Source of the DNA: Actinomycetota bacterium
GTDB taxonomy: Bacteria > Actinomycetota > Actinomycetes > Nanopelagicales > Nanopelagicaceae
DNA: 64,000 nt
NCBI GenBank assembly: GCA_947450175.1
Contig: CANFUR010000001.1
Coordinates: 406 to 64,405, forward strand
Direction: 5' to 3'
Made by a program: the position numbers and the translations under genes. The notes under the pieces are model-generated. The model worked only from the letters and a program-made list of their open reading frames with translations. It searched no databases and was not told where the DNA came from. Positions 30,418 to 39,708 of the stretch are shown here, in pieces (position 1 is the first letter of the stretch; each line of letters opens with the position of its first letter).

Positions 30418-30427
30418 GGAGCCCCAC

Positions 30428-31360
30428 ATGAAAAAAATCGCAGTTATCTTTGCGTTCTTTGCATCAATCATGGTGCCGACACAGGCACAAGCAGCGCAAA
30501 CAGGTTTCATGGGAGGCCCGCTTACAAACCTAGATTCTCCTGCTTCAATTCATATCGCTCTTTCAAATTTTCCAACTAGCGGTGGACTCTATGTAATGCA
30601 ATGTGTAGAAGGCGCAGCGGGCATGCGTCCAACCGTATGTAATGCTGCTGTACAACTTTGGGTTTCTACCGACCCTAACGCCAACTTTAAACCAACTGCT
30701 GATATTGTTTTTAAGCCAACAGCTACTTTCACTGGCGCTGATTGCACAGTTGTTAAATGTGGAATTTTTCTGCGCTATGACCATACCGTCCCCAATAATC
30801 TCACTGAAGATCAATTCATAGCTTTGACTTTTAAAGCCGGCACACCAGCTCCAACTACCCTTGCGCCAGATGAGATCACCGCAACTATTAACGGTGTAAC
30901 ACTGAGCTCCAAAACTCCCATGAAGTTGGCCTACCGAGCTCCTGCAGTTTTAGCAGCAACATCAAAGGCTGGCGCAGCTCTTACCTATCAATCTCTAGCT
31001 CTAGCATGCGCGTTAACGGGCATGAAAATCACAGTGCTTAAGGGAAGTGGTTTTTGTGACATTGCAATCACATCACCAGGAAATATAACTGCAGGTCCTG
31101 TAACCTCTCATTTTCCTTTGGAATTAACCCTTGGCACCCAGACAATTAGTGCAGTAAGTGCCTCTGCGACCAAGAAAATCAACCTGCCGAAGCAAAGTAA
31201 TTTTGGCGAAAGCGTTACTTATAAAGTGACAGGTGCTTGCACTGTTGCAAAGAATGTTGTCAGTTCTAAAAAAGGAAACTGCACAATTGTGGCTAGTGCC
31301 CGCGGTGCTACAGATTTGTATAGTCCCTTAAACCAACGTTTTACAATAAAAGTTAAATAA
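30428..31360 (+). CDS. secreted paralog of the four-Cys domain protein with extra C-terminal Ig-like Cys-pair repeats
   Basis: Signal peptide ending AQA. The N-terminal domain GLYVMQCVE..PTVCNA..LWVST..ADCTVVKCGIFLRYDH..FIALTF matches the upstream gene. The C-terminal part has GFCDIAI and GACTV..GNCTIVA motifs. Confidence 0.45.
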   Translation: MKKIAVIFAFFASIMVPTQAQAAQTGFMGGPLTNLDSPASIHIALSNFPTSGGLYVMQCVEGAAGMRPTVCNAAVQLWVSTDPNANFKPTADIVFKPTATFTGADCTVVKCGIFLRYDHTVPNNLTEDQFIALTFKAGTPAPTTLAPDEITATINGVTLSSKTPMKLAYRAPAVLAATSKAGAALTYQSLALACALTGMKITVLKGSGFCDIAITSPGNITAGPVTSHFPLELTLGTQTISAVSASATKKINLPKQSNFGESVTYKVTGACTVAKNVVSSKKGNCTIVASARGATDLYSPLNQRFTIKVK

Positions 31361-31361
31361 T

Positions 31362-31940
31362 TTAAAGCGTTGCTAAGCCATTGATGCAGAATGCAGTTGC
31401 GGTTTTAATCTCTGCTTCTGCATCATGGCCAGCTTCAATACGCTTAGTCGCAACATCTGTTGTGGCCTGAATGTAGGCAAGGGCTTGCGTAACATCTTTA
31501 ACTCCGGCGGCAGTAAGTGCGGTTGTCAACGGTGCCAATAATGCACGGTGGGCACTTCCTATCTGTGCGGCACGATCATGAGGTAGCGAAGTAGCATTTA
31601 GCGCTTTAGCTAATAAGTGTCGTCCATCGGCGATATAGCGAAGTGCGCCTTCAATCCAAGATTCGATACATTGATCTGGATGCGTGCTAGAACCCACTGC
31701 ATTAACTAATACATCTGCAAAATTATGAAGTTCTTCAATTACTAAATCAGCCACTAAATCAGCACTACTAGCAAAATATTCATAGACAGATGTGCGTGAC
31801 ATACCTGCGCGCGCTGCAACAGCAGAAACTGTTACTGCAGTTCCACCTGACTCCATCGCAATAGCCGCAGCTGCTTCAATTAATTGATTGCGGCGCCAAT
31901 CACGGTGCTGGGCAAGGTTTTGTGTTTCTATGCGAGGCAT
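31362..31940 (-). CDS. TetR family transcriptional regulator
   Basis: 192 aa with the N-terminal HTH VTVSAVAARAGMSRTSVYEYF. Confidence 0.85.
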   Translation of the reverse strand: MPRIETQNLAQHRDWRRNQLIEAAAAIAMESGGTAVTVSAVAARAGMSRTSVYEYFASSADLVADLVIEELHNFADVLVNAVGSSTHPDQCIESWIEGALRYIADGRHLLAKALNATSLPHDRAAQIGSAHRALLAPLTTALTAAGVKDVTQALAYIQATTDVATKRIEAGHDAEAEIKTATAFCINGLATL

Positions 31941-31944
31941 TTAA

Positions 31945-33942
31945 TCATTCTGTCATATATTGGCTAAGACGCCGAAGTGAATCTCGAACTACTTCCTTTT
32001 CTGAGGTTCTCCAGAGAGGCGGCATGGAATTAAGCAACACACTTCCATATCGCTTAGTAACAATGCGTGAATCTAAAATCGCAACGACTCCTCGATCATC
32101 AACGGATCGAATTAGACGTCCTGTTCCTTGAGCCAAAAGTAGCGCTGCCCGTGGCAACGACACTTGCATAAACCCACTTCCGCCAGCCGCATCGGCTTGT
32201 GAAGCTCGGGCGGCCATTACCGGTTCATCTGGACGCGGAAATGGAATCCGATCGATTGCGACCAAGATACAACTGTTACCTGGAACATCAACGCCTTGCC
32301 ATAACGACATGGTGCCGAGCAATACTGATGTTTCATCCTTAGCAAAACGCGAAACAAGTGGACCAACAGCATCGCCTCGTTTTTGGGTAATAATTTTGAT
32401 TGGCAGTTCAGCTAAAACTTTACGCAAGTGCAGATCTGCCGCTTCTACACCGCGCCATGAAGAAAACAGCGCCAAAGTACGCCCGCCCGCTGCGTCAATT
32501 AACTCACCTAGCTCGGTTAAAACTTCGATGCTTGGACCATCACGGCCGGGTTCGGGTAAATGTTTTGGCATATATAAAACACCTTGATTAGCAAAATCAA
32601 AAGGAGAGCCAACATCTAGCATCTGGACGTTGCCTGGATCGAGTTCGCCTTCACTGAGTTCGGCATTTAAATCTTCGCCGACAATAAAACCGATACTTTT
32701 AGCTAGTGAGTTAAAAGAGTTGCCGACAGTTAAAGTTGCAGACGTTGCAATAACTGGAGTCTGTTTGAGCATGTTCTCGCGCAAAACATCAGAGACTGAC
32801 AACGGCGCTAGATAAAGTGTTGAAAATGTTGGTTCATACCAGAGCACTAAACCGTTGCCCAGCTTTAATAATGTGGCCGCCGTTGTTGAGACTTCATTGA
32901 CCGCACCTTTCACCCGGGCTCGCTCTGCCATTGCATCGGTATCAATAATTTCATCATCAGCGCTCAGTGACTGCACAATTGCTTGGGCACTCTCGCGCAC
33001 TTTGCGGATTGGTGATTCCAGCGATTGTGGGATCTCTTCTAAACGGCCCTGTGAACCAAGTTCAGTGCGCACAGATTCGCCGTAATCAACCATCGATTCA
33101 TGAAAACCATTAGCAGCTTTATGTAGGGCGTCGGCTAATTTGCCAGGCATGTATTTACGGGCCATAGCTGCCGCACGCAAAACACGTCCCGATGTTAGTT
33201 CTTCAGTAACAGCTTGTGTTGCTCGATCCATAAACTCGTGGGCTTCATCCAAAATAATGCAATCGCGTTCAGGCAAAATTGGATGTGAATCCACGATTTC
33301 AATTGCTAATAACGTGTGATTAGTAACGACAACATCGGCCGTTTGTGCACGCCCCTTAGCATTGGCGGCGAAGCATTGGGAACCAAAAGCACAGACATCT
33401 GCGCCAACACATTCACGCCCTGACACACTATTTGCTGCCCACACTCGCCTATCAACTTCTGGGGCATCATCTCTATCCCCTGATACTCCCGGCGTTTTTG
33501 CCCACGCAATTAAACGCTTGGCATCTTTTTCTAGGGATGAAACTTCCATCACTAATTCACCATCTGGGTCTACATCTTCGCTATTCATTTTTTGTAAACA
33601 AACATAGTTGCCGACGCCTTTATAAATTGCGTAGGTAACTTCGCGGCCCAATAGTTTTTCAAGTGCTGGGACAACTGCAGGCAAATCACGATCTACTAAC
33701 TGACGCTGCAAAGCAATCGTTGCCGTTGCTACTAATACTTTGCGGCCATGAACAATTCCTGGAATTAAATATGCAAGCGATTTTCCAGTTCCTGTACCAG
33801 CTTGAACCATTAAGTGATGGCGATCCGTTAAAGCGTTAGCAACCGCTTCGGCCATTTCAATCTGACCTTCACGCGCAGATCCACCAATAGCTTCCACTGC
33901 CACATCGAGTGCTTCACGCACTTTGGTGGACATATCGCTCAT
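31945..33942 (-). CDS. dinG: ATP-dependent DNA helicase, DinG/XPD family
   Basis: 665 aa with Walker A AGTGTGKSLAYL, DEAH box ILDEAHEF, and four Cys for an Fe-S cluster (VCLQ, ECVG, VCAF, QCF). Confidence 0.85.
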   Translation of the reverse strand: MSDMSTKVREALDVAVEAIGGSAREGQIEMAEAVANALTDRHHLMVQAGTGTGKSLAYLIPGIVHGRKVLVATATIALQRQLVDRDLPAVVPALEKLLGREVTYAIYKGVGNYVCLQKMNSEDVDPDGELVMEVSSLEKDAKRLIAWAKTPGVSGDRDDAPEVDRRVWAANSVSGRECVGADVCAFGSQCFAANAKGRAQTADVVVTNHTLLAIEIVDSHPILPERDCIILDEAHEFMDRATQAVTEELTSGRVLRAAAMARKYMPGKLADALHKAANGFHESMVDYGESVRTELGSQGRLEEIPQSLESPIRKVRESAQAIVQSLSADDEIIDTDAMAERARVKGAVNEVSTTAATLLKLGNGLVLWYEPTFSTLYLAPLSVSDVLRENMLKQTPVIATSATLTVGNSFNSLAKSIGFIVGEDLNAELSEGELDPGNVQMLDVGSPFDFANQGVLYMPKHLPEPGRDGPSIEVLTELGELIDAAGGRTLALFSSWRGVEAADLHLRKVLAELPIKIITQKRGDAVGPLVSRFAKDETSVLLGTMSLWQGVDVPGNSCILVAIDRIPFPRPDEPVMAARASQADAAGGSGFMQVSLPRAALLLAQGTGRLIRSVDDRGVVAILDSRIVTKRYGSVLLNSMPPLWRTSEKEVVRDSLRRLSQYMTE

Positions 33943-34005
33943 GAGGAAACCTTAGTGGTTGCAGATGTAGTTGAACTTTCAACTACATAACTATATGCTC
34001 TCCTT

Positions 34006-34779
34006 ATGCCTACAATGCCTGCTCTCTATATAGGACATGGCGCTCCTATGTTGCTCGATGATGCGCTGTGGACGTCACAACTGCGAGATATTGCAGCTGG
34101 CATTGAAAAACCGAAAGCAATTGTCATTGTCAGTGCGCACTGGGAATCAGAACCAATAACGCTAAGCAATCCAGCGGCGCACACTCCCCTGGTCTATGAC
34201 TTCAGTGGCTTTGATCGAAAATTTTATGAAATGACTTATAACTCTCCTGATGCAACCCATATCAGTGAATTGATTGCTTCACTGATGCCAGATGGCGAAA
34301 GCGTGCATCAATCTGATCGTGGCCTTGATCATGGAGCTTGGGTTCCATTACGAGTGATGTATCCCAATGCAGATATTCCAGTTGTGCAGATGTCTATGCC
34401 AACAAGTGATCCTGCAAAGTTGATGGAGTTAGGTAAGCGCTTGCAACCTCTGCGCGAAAATGGCGTCCTTGTTATTGGCTCTGGTTTTATGACTCATGGT
34501 TTGCGCTACTTGCGCGATTGGAGAAGCGATGCAATCGCCCCAACATGGTCTAGCGAATTCGATGCATGGGCTGCGCAATCTTTAGCTGCCGGTGATGTTG
34601 ATGCACTTACAAACTTTAAAGAGCTTGCTCCAGGTATGCCTTATGCCCATCCAACGGTTGAACATTTCACGCCACTCTTTGTCACTCTAGGTGCTGCCAC
34701 ATCCCCTGAAATAGCCCCTAAAACCCTTATAGATGGCTACTTTATGGGCCTGAGCAAGCGATCAATTCTTGTTGCTTAG
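34006..34779 (+). CDS. class III extradiol dioxygenase (LigB family, 4,5-DOPA dioxygenase-like)
   Basis: 257 aa with IGHGAPML, VSAHWE and the GSGFMTHGLRY pattern. Confidence 0.8.
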   Translation: MPTMPALYIGHGAPMLLDDALWTSQLRDIAAGIEKPKAIVIVSAHWESEPITLSNPAAHTPLVYDFSGFDRKFYEMTYNSPDATHISELIASLMPDGESVHQSDRGLDHGAWVPLRVMYPNADIPVVQMSMPTSDPAKLMELGKRLQPLRENGVLVIGSGFMTHGLRYLRDWRSDAIAPTWSSEFDAWAAQSLAAGDVDALTNFKELAPGMPYAHPTVEHFTPLFVTLGAATSPEIAPKTLIDGYFMGLSKRSILVA

Positions 34780-34790
34780 TTGATTTAAAG

Positions 34791-34825
34791 TAAAAAACCC
34801 CGCCAACGAATTGGCGGGGTTTTTA
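34791..34825. terminator. bidirectional rho-independent terminator
   Basis: AAAAAA-CCCCGCCAA-cgaa-TTGGCGGGG-TTTTT between the convergent dioxygenase and nrdJ genes. Confidence 0.8.
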
Positions 34826-34843
34826 ACGGGGTTGGTTAAACTC

Positions 34844-37693
34844 TTAGCTGCAACCAGATGTGTTTCCACAACCTTCGCATACAAAGCATGCACCTGACAT
34901 ACGCATCTTTACTCCACATGTCATACATAGTGGTGCATCAGATTTGATTCCCATTGATTCAAGAAGATCAGATGAGGATCCGATTGTCATTGCAGGTGCT
35001 GCAGCTTCAATTTTTACCGAAACCGGCTTACTTGCAACCGCAGGAGCCGCCACAGGCGCAACTGTGGCTATCGCTTTTGGGACTAGCGGGATATCAGCCG
35101 CCGCAATTGGTGCGTACTCGCCACCATTATCTAACGCTGCTGCGCGTTCTGCTGCAGTGTAAAGACCCATTGATGAACGTTGTTCAAATGGTAGGTAGTC
35201 AAGAGCCAGGCGACGGAAGATGTAATCCATCATGGACTGTGCCATGCGAATATCTGCATCATCTGTCATACCTGCTGGTTCAAATCGCAAGTTTGTAAAC
35301 TTCTCAACGAATGTCTCTAGAGGGACTCCGTATTGCAGACCAATTGATACTGCAATTGAGAACGCATCCATAACACCGGCAAGTGTTGATCCTTGCTTGC
35401 CAAGCTTTAAAAATACTTCGCCAAGTGCGCCATCAGCATATGCACCAGCGGTCATGTAACCCTCTGCGCCACCAACAGCAAATGATGTTGTTGTTGCTGG
35501 ACGAGACTTTGGAAGACGCTTGCGAACTGGTGAAGAAATCTCTTCTTCAACAACTGCATCCTTCTTCTTAGCCTTGCCATCAGATAGAGGTTGGCCAACC
35601 TTGCAGTTATCGCGATAAACCGCGAGCGCTTTGATTCCCATTCTCCATGCTTCGATGTGAACTTCTTCAACTTCTTCAACAGTTGCATCTTCAGGAAGGT
35701 TAACTGTCTTTGAAATCGCACCTGACAGGAATGGCTGGCATGCAGCCATCATGCGAACGTGGCCCATTGGAGCAATTGAACGCTGACCTAACGCACAATC
35801 AAATACTTCATAGTGCTCAAGCTTGAGTCCTGGGGCATCGATAACGTGTCCATTAGCTGCAATGAACTCAACGATTGCTTCAACTGTCTCTTGGGCATAG
35901 CCAAGCTTTTGTAATGCCAATGGAACTGTCTGGTTAACGATCTGCATAGATCCGCCGCCAACAAGCTTTTTGAACTTAACCAATGAGAAGTCAGGTTCGA
36001 TACCAGTTGTATCGCAATCCATCATCAAACCGATTGTTCCTGTTGGAGCAAGTACTGAGATCTGCGCGTTGCGCCATCCGTTCTTATCTCCTATTGAAAG
36101 ACATGCATCCCAAGCCTTGTTGGCCTCTGTCCATACATCGCGATCCAAAGTTGTTTCAGACTTTGCAGATGATGATGCAGCTGCATGCTTGCGCATAACA
36201 CGTGCATGTGGCTTAGCGTTTTGTGCAAAGCCTGCATATGGTCCAACGATTGCCGCAAGTTCTGCTGAACGCTTGTATGTAATTCCTGACATCAATGAAG
36301 TAATTGCACCAGCAAGAGCGCGTCCGCCGTCAGAATCGTAGGCAAGACCTGAAGCCATAAGAAGTGCTCCAAGGTTTGCATAACCGATACCAAGCTGACG
36401 GTATGCCTTTGTTGTGTCACCGATTGCTTCAGTTGGGAAATCTGCGAAACAGATTGAAATATCCATCGCTGTGATGATTAATTCTGCAGCCTTACCAAAT
36501 GATTTTGCATCAAATGATCCGTCAGATTTTAGGAACTTCATCAAGTTAAGTGAAGCCAAGTTGCAAGAAGAATTGTCTAGTGACATGTACTCAGAGCAAG
36601 GGTTTGAGGCGTTAATGCGACCTGTCTCTGGAGTTGTGTGCCAATCGTTGATGGTGTCATCAAACTGAACACCAGGATCAGCACATGCCCATGCAGCTTG
36701 CGCAATCTTTGTGAATAGTTCGCGTGCATCAACAGTGTCAATAACTTCACCAGTTGAACGAGCTGTCAATCCAAAACGCTCTCCCTTTTCAACTGCTTGC
36801 ATGAACTTGTCCGATAGGCGGACAGAGTTGTTTGCATTCTGGTACTGAACAGAGATGATGTCTTTTCCACCTAGGTCCATGTCAAAGCCAGCATCGCGAA
36901 GTGCGCGAATCTTGTCTTCTTCGTTGACCTTAGTTTCGATGAACTCTTCGATATCTGGGTGATCTACATCTAGAACGACCATCTTTGCTGCACGGCGTGT
37001 AGCTCCGCCAGATTTGATTGTTCCTGCAGAGGCATCGGCGCCGCGCATAAATGAAACTGGACCAGATGCTGTTCCGCCAGACTTGAGAAGCTCCTTTGAT
37101 GAACGGATGCGAGACAAGTTAAGTCCTGCTCCTGATCCACCTTTGAAGATCATTCCTTCTTCGCGGTACCAGTTAAGAATGCTGTCCATAGTGTCATCAA
37201 CTGACAAGATGAAACATGCTGAAACTTGCTGCGGTTGGTTAGTTCCAACGTTGAACCACACTGGTGAGTTGAAAGAGAAGATCTGGTGCATCAGCATGTG
37301 TGTTAGTTCGTGTTCAAAAATTTCTGCATCTTTTTCAGTTGCAAAGTAACCGTGTTCTTTACCGGCCTTTGTGTAAGTCAACACAACGCGATCGATCACT
37401 TGCTTCAAAGACCATTCGCGATTTTCTGCACCGAGTGCGCCGCGGAAGTACTTTGTTGTAACGATTGTTGATGCGTTTACTGACCAAGTGTCTGGATACT
37501 CAACACCTCGTTGTTCAAAAACAGTCTCACCGGTTTTCCAGTTTTGCTGTACTACATCGCGGCGTTCCCATTTAACTTCGTCGTATGGGTGTACGCCTTC
37601 GTTGGTGTAGATACGTTCGATTGTCAGACCTTTACCTTTTACGGTGTTGTGGGCCTTGATTTTCGCTGGTCGGTTGATGACCGTCTCTGACAT
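34844..37693 (-). CDS. nrdJ: adenosylcobalamin-dependent (class II) ribonucleotide reductase
   Basis: 949 aa with the active-site NPCSEY region, an Ala/Pro-rich linker and the C-terminal Cys-rich zinc-ribbon tail CMTCGVKMRMSGACFVCEGCG. Confidence 0.95.
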   Translation of the reverse strand: MSETVINRPAKIKAHNTVKGKGLTIERIYTNEGVHPYDEVKWERRDVVQQNWKTGETVFEQRGVEYPDTWSVNASTIVTTKYFRGALGAENREWSLKQVIDRVVLTYTKAGKEHGYFATEKDAEIFEHELTHMLMHQIFSFNSPVWFNVGTNQPQQVSACFILSVDDTMDSILNWYREEGMIFKGGSGAGLNLSRIRSSKELLKSGGTASGPVSFMRGADASAGTIKSGGATRRAAKMVVLDVDHPDIEEFIETKVNEEDKIRALRDAGFDMDLGGKDIISVQYQNANNSVRLSDKFMQAVEKGERFGLTARSTGEVIDTVDARELFTKIAQAAWACADPGVQFDDTINDWHTTPETGRINASNPCSEYMSLDNSSCNLASLNLMKFLKSDGSFDAKSFGKAAELIITAMDISICFADFPTEAIGDTTKAYRQLGIGYANLGALLMASGLAYDSDGGRALAGAITSLMSGITYKRSAELAAIVGPYAGFAQNAKPHARVMRKHAAASSSAKSETTLDRDVWTEANKAWDACLSIGDKNGWRNAQISVLAPTGTIGLMMDCDTTGIEPDFSLVKFKKLVGGGSMQIVNQTVPLALQKLGYAQETVEAIVEFIAANGHVIDAPGLKLEHYEVFDCALGQRSIAPMGHVRMMAACQPFLSGAISKTVNLPEDATVEEVEEVHIEAWRMGIKALAVYRDNCKVGQPLSDGKAKKKDAVVEEEISSPVRKRLPKSRPATTTSFAVGGAEGYMTAGAYADGALGEVFLKLGKQGSTLAGVMDAFSIAVSIGLQYGVPLETFVEKFTNLRFEPAGMTDDADIRMAQSMMDYIFRRLALDYLPFEQRSSMGLYTAAERAAALDNGGEYAPIAAADIPLVPKAIATVAPVAAPAVASKPVSVKIEAAAPAMTIGSSSDLLESMGIKSDAPLCMTCGVKMRMSGACFVCEGCGNTSGCS

Positions 37694-37712
37694 GTGTGGT
37701 TCCCCGTCTTCT

Positions 37713-38288
37713 TTAGTTGTTCTGATTCGTTAAAGTTTTGTTTCCTTGTGCTGTAAAACTTTGTTGCATTGCGGTGCTATTTTTTTCAGTAATTGGGGAA
37801 TTACTTGTACTGAGATCTTTCGTTGTCGCCGGGGAATGGCTAGAAGGTAGAGCTCGCAGTAACGCAATCTCGCCTTCGAAATCTTCAAGGGATGCAAAGT
37901 TACGGTACACAGAGGCATAACGTAAGTAAGCGACCTCATCGAGTTCTCGGAGTGGCGCAAGAATCGCCATTCCAACTTCTTGAGCTTCAATCTCTGCTTG
38001 TCCAGTGGAGCGCAGGGTTTCCTCCACACGCTGGGCTAACAAAACTAGATCATCTTCATTTACTGGTCGTCCTTGGCAGGCTTTGCGGACACCCACAAGG
38101 ACTTTCTCGCGGCTAAATGGTTCTGTTGCTCCACTTCTTTTAATGATGTTGAGCAAGGCCACTTCCTGAGTTGAAAAACGCTGGCTGCACTGTGGGCATT
38201 CGCGGCGACGGCGAATCTGGGTGCCATCTTCGATAGGACGAGAGTCAACAACGCGTGAATCTTCGAATCTGCAAAATGGGCAAATCAT
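37713..38288 (-). CDS. nrdR: transcriptional repressor NrdR with a low-complexity C-terminal tail
   Basis: Zinc ribbon CPFC...CPQC, then an ATP-cone. Only 19 nt upstream of nrdJ. Confidence 0.95.
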   Translation of the reverse strand: MICPFCRFEDSRVVDSRPIEDGTQIRRRRECPQCSQRFSTQEVALLNIIKRSGATEPFSREKVLVGVRKACQGRPVNEDDLVLLAQRVEETLRSTGQAEIEAQEVGMAILAPLRELDEVAYLRYASVYRNFASLEDFEGEIALLRALPSSHSPATTKDLSTSNSPITEKNSTAMQQSFTAQGNKTLTNQNN

Positions 38289-38364
38289 CTCGGCGTGTCT
38301 CCCTTCGAAATCCTAGATATTCCAACTTTTAGATGTATTAGCGAAAGAGGAAAACTACCCTAAA

Positions 38365-38413
38365 AACACTACTTATGGAAGTTTTACTGCCTTCGACCCC
38401 TACATATAGTGGG
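38365..38413. promoter_or_regulatory. two candidate NrdR boxes upstream of nrdR-nrdJ
   Basis: AACACTACTTATGGAA (38365-38380) and CCCTACATATAGTGGG (38398-38413) are imperfect 16-bp palindromes with centres about 33 bp apart. The match to the remembered NrdR-box consensus is approximate. Confidence 0.35.
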
Positions 38414-38495
38414 AACTATAAAGCATTTCTCGAGGGTTTGCCGCCTGGGTAGCCCGAAAGATACATCTACGGCGTGTCGCGCTCCTACTTACTGT

Positions 38496-38864
38496 TTATG
38501 CCGTTGGAACGCGCAGCTTTTGTCCAGCCATCACGTCATAGCCCGCCAGGTTATTTGCCTCGCGGATCGCTTCCACCATCGCCTGCACATCACCAGTTGA
38601 ATAGGCCGAGGCCACTGACCACAACGTTGCTCCCTGCGGCACAACCACGGTTACATAGGAAGTTGGCGCTACTACTTGATCCCCAGCTCCTGACTTGGCG
38701 GCAAAGCCAGCCACGAGCACCACGGTCAGAGATGCGACAAAGACAGTGCGAGCTAGTCGACCACGGCGAGTTAAAGATGCACCGGACGGATTGGTCGAAG
38801 ATGTAAAAGGGCTAGAAAAGCCTTGTAATACACTGTTATTACTAGTCATTGTCACTGTACTCAT
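38496..38864 (-). CDS. LysM-domain membrane protein, ChiZ-like candidate SOS-induced division inhibitor
   Basis: Start at ATG 38864 preceded by an AAGGAG RBS. One TM segment ([18 protein letters not shown]) and a C-terminal LysM ([16 protein letters not shown]...AGQKLRVP). Divergent from lexA with its own SOS box. Confidence 0.65.
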   Translation of the reverse strand: MSTVTMTSNNSVLQGFSSPFTSSTNPSGASLTRRGRLARTVFVASLTVVLVAGFAAKSGAGDQVVAPTSYVTVVVPQGATLWSVASAYSTGDVQAMVEAIREANNLAGYDVMAGQKLRVPTA

Positions 38865-38889
38865 TGTCGTTCTCCTTGGGGAAAGGTAT

Positions 38890-38905
38890 TCGAACAACTG
38901 TTCGA
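38890..38905. promoter_or_regulatory. LexA SOS box (perfect palindrome)
   Basis: TCGAACAACTGTTCGA matches the actinobacterial consensus TCGAAC-N4-GTTCGA. It lies 26 nt upstream of the LysM gene start. Confidence 0.8.
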
Positions 38906-38950
38906 ATAAGGCAATTAAACACCACGTAACTGACAAATGGCAAGTAAAAT

Positions 38951-38966
38951 TCGAACATATGTTTGA
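38951..38966. promoter_or_regulatory. LexA SOS box (one mismatch)
   Basis: TCGAACATATGTTTGA, about 30 nt upstream of the lexA ATG. Confidence 0.75.
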
Positions 38967-38997
38967 ATTTTTGCCCCAGATGTGTCACCCTGTATGT

Positions 38998-39633
38998 ATG
39001 AGCACACAAACCCCGCATACTCCTCAGGGCCTGACTGAACGCCAAGCTGAAATCCTCCATGTCATCGAAACCGCCATGGCCGAGCAGGGCTACGCCCCCA
39101 CCATGCGCGAGATCGGAGCGGCCGTTGGCCTGACCTCCACCGCCTCCGTCAAATACCAGCTCGAGATCTTGGAGCACAAAGGTTTCATCCGCCGTGATGA
39201 AAGCAAAGGTCGCGCCCTTGAATTAACACCTGAAGTTAACGGCGCCCCAGTTGGCAAAACAACAATGATTCCGCTGGTTGGTCGCATCGCAGCAGGTGGA
39301 CCAATCACTGCCGAACAAGAAGTTGAAGAAACTTTTCCTTTGCCAGAATCAATTGTTGGTAAAGGCGATTTATTTATGCTCAAAGTCGTTGGCGAATCAA
39401 TGATTGATGCAGCTATCTGCGATGGTGACTACGTAGTTATCCGTTCACAAAAAGATTGCAATAAAGGTGAAATCGTTGCGGCAATGATTGATGGCGAAGC
39501 CACAGTAAAAACCTTCTCCAAAAAAGATGGCCACATCTGGTTGCTTCCGGCTAATGATGCATTCGAACCAATCAACGGCGATAACTGCGAAATTTTAGGA
39601 ATAGTTACTGCCGTTCTTCGTTCTGTTCGTTAA
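38998..39633 (+). CDS. lexA: LexA repressor
   Basis: Winged HTH ([34 protein letters not shown]), an Ala-Gly cleavage site (RIAAGGP) and S24 peptidase motifs ([13 protein letters not shown]). An alternative in-frame ATG is at 38980. The ORF-track start at 38695 would run through both SOS boxes. Confidence 0.95.
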   Translation: MSTQTPHTPQGLTERQAEILHVIETAMAEQGYAPTMREIGAAVGLTSTASVKYQLEILEHKGFIRRDESKGRALELTPEVNGAPVGKTTMIPLVGRIAAGGPITAEQEVEETFPLPESIVGKGDLFMLKVVGESMIDAAICDGDYVVIRSQKDCNKGEIVAAMIDGEATVKTFSKKDGHIWLLPANDAFEPINGDNCEILGIVTAVLRSVR

Positions 39634-39708
39634 CTCTCCTATTTCACTGTCCTAAATACTCATTGCAGGACAAGGAATCGTTATCAATCCCTGGTCACTT
39701 TTCATGCT

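Noticed and set aside
35000-35110. Ala/Pro-rich linker and Cys-rich C-terminus of NrdJ, considered as a possible unusual fusion
   Set aside because: A C-terminal Cys-rich zinc-finger tail is a described feature of many class II ribonucleotide reductases.
38695-38997. N-terminal extension of the lexA ORF (312-aa version) and the 146-aa version of the LysM ORF
   Set aside because: Both extensions read through the two SOS boxes and each other. The internal starts (38998 for lexA; 38864 with an AAGGAG RBS for the LysM gene) give canonical proteins.
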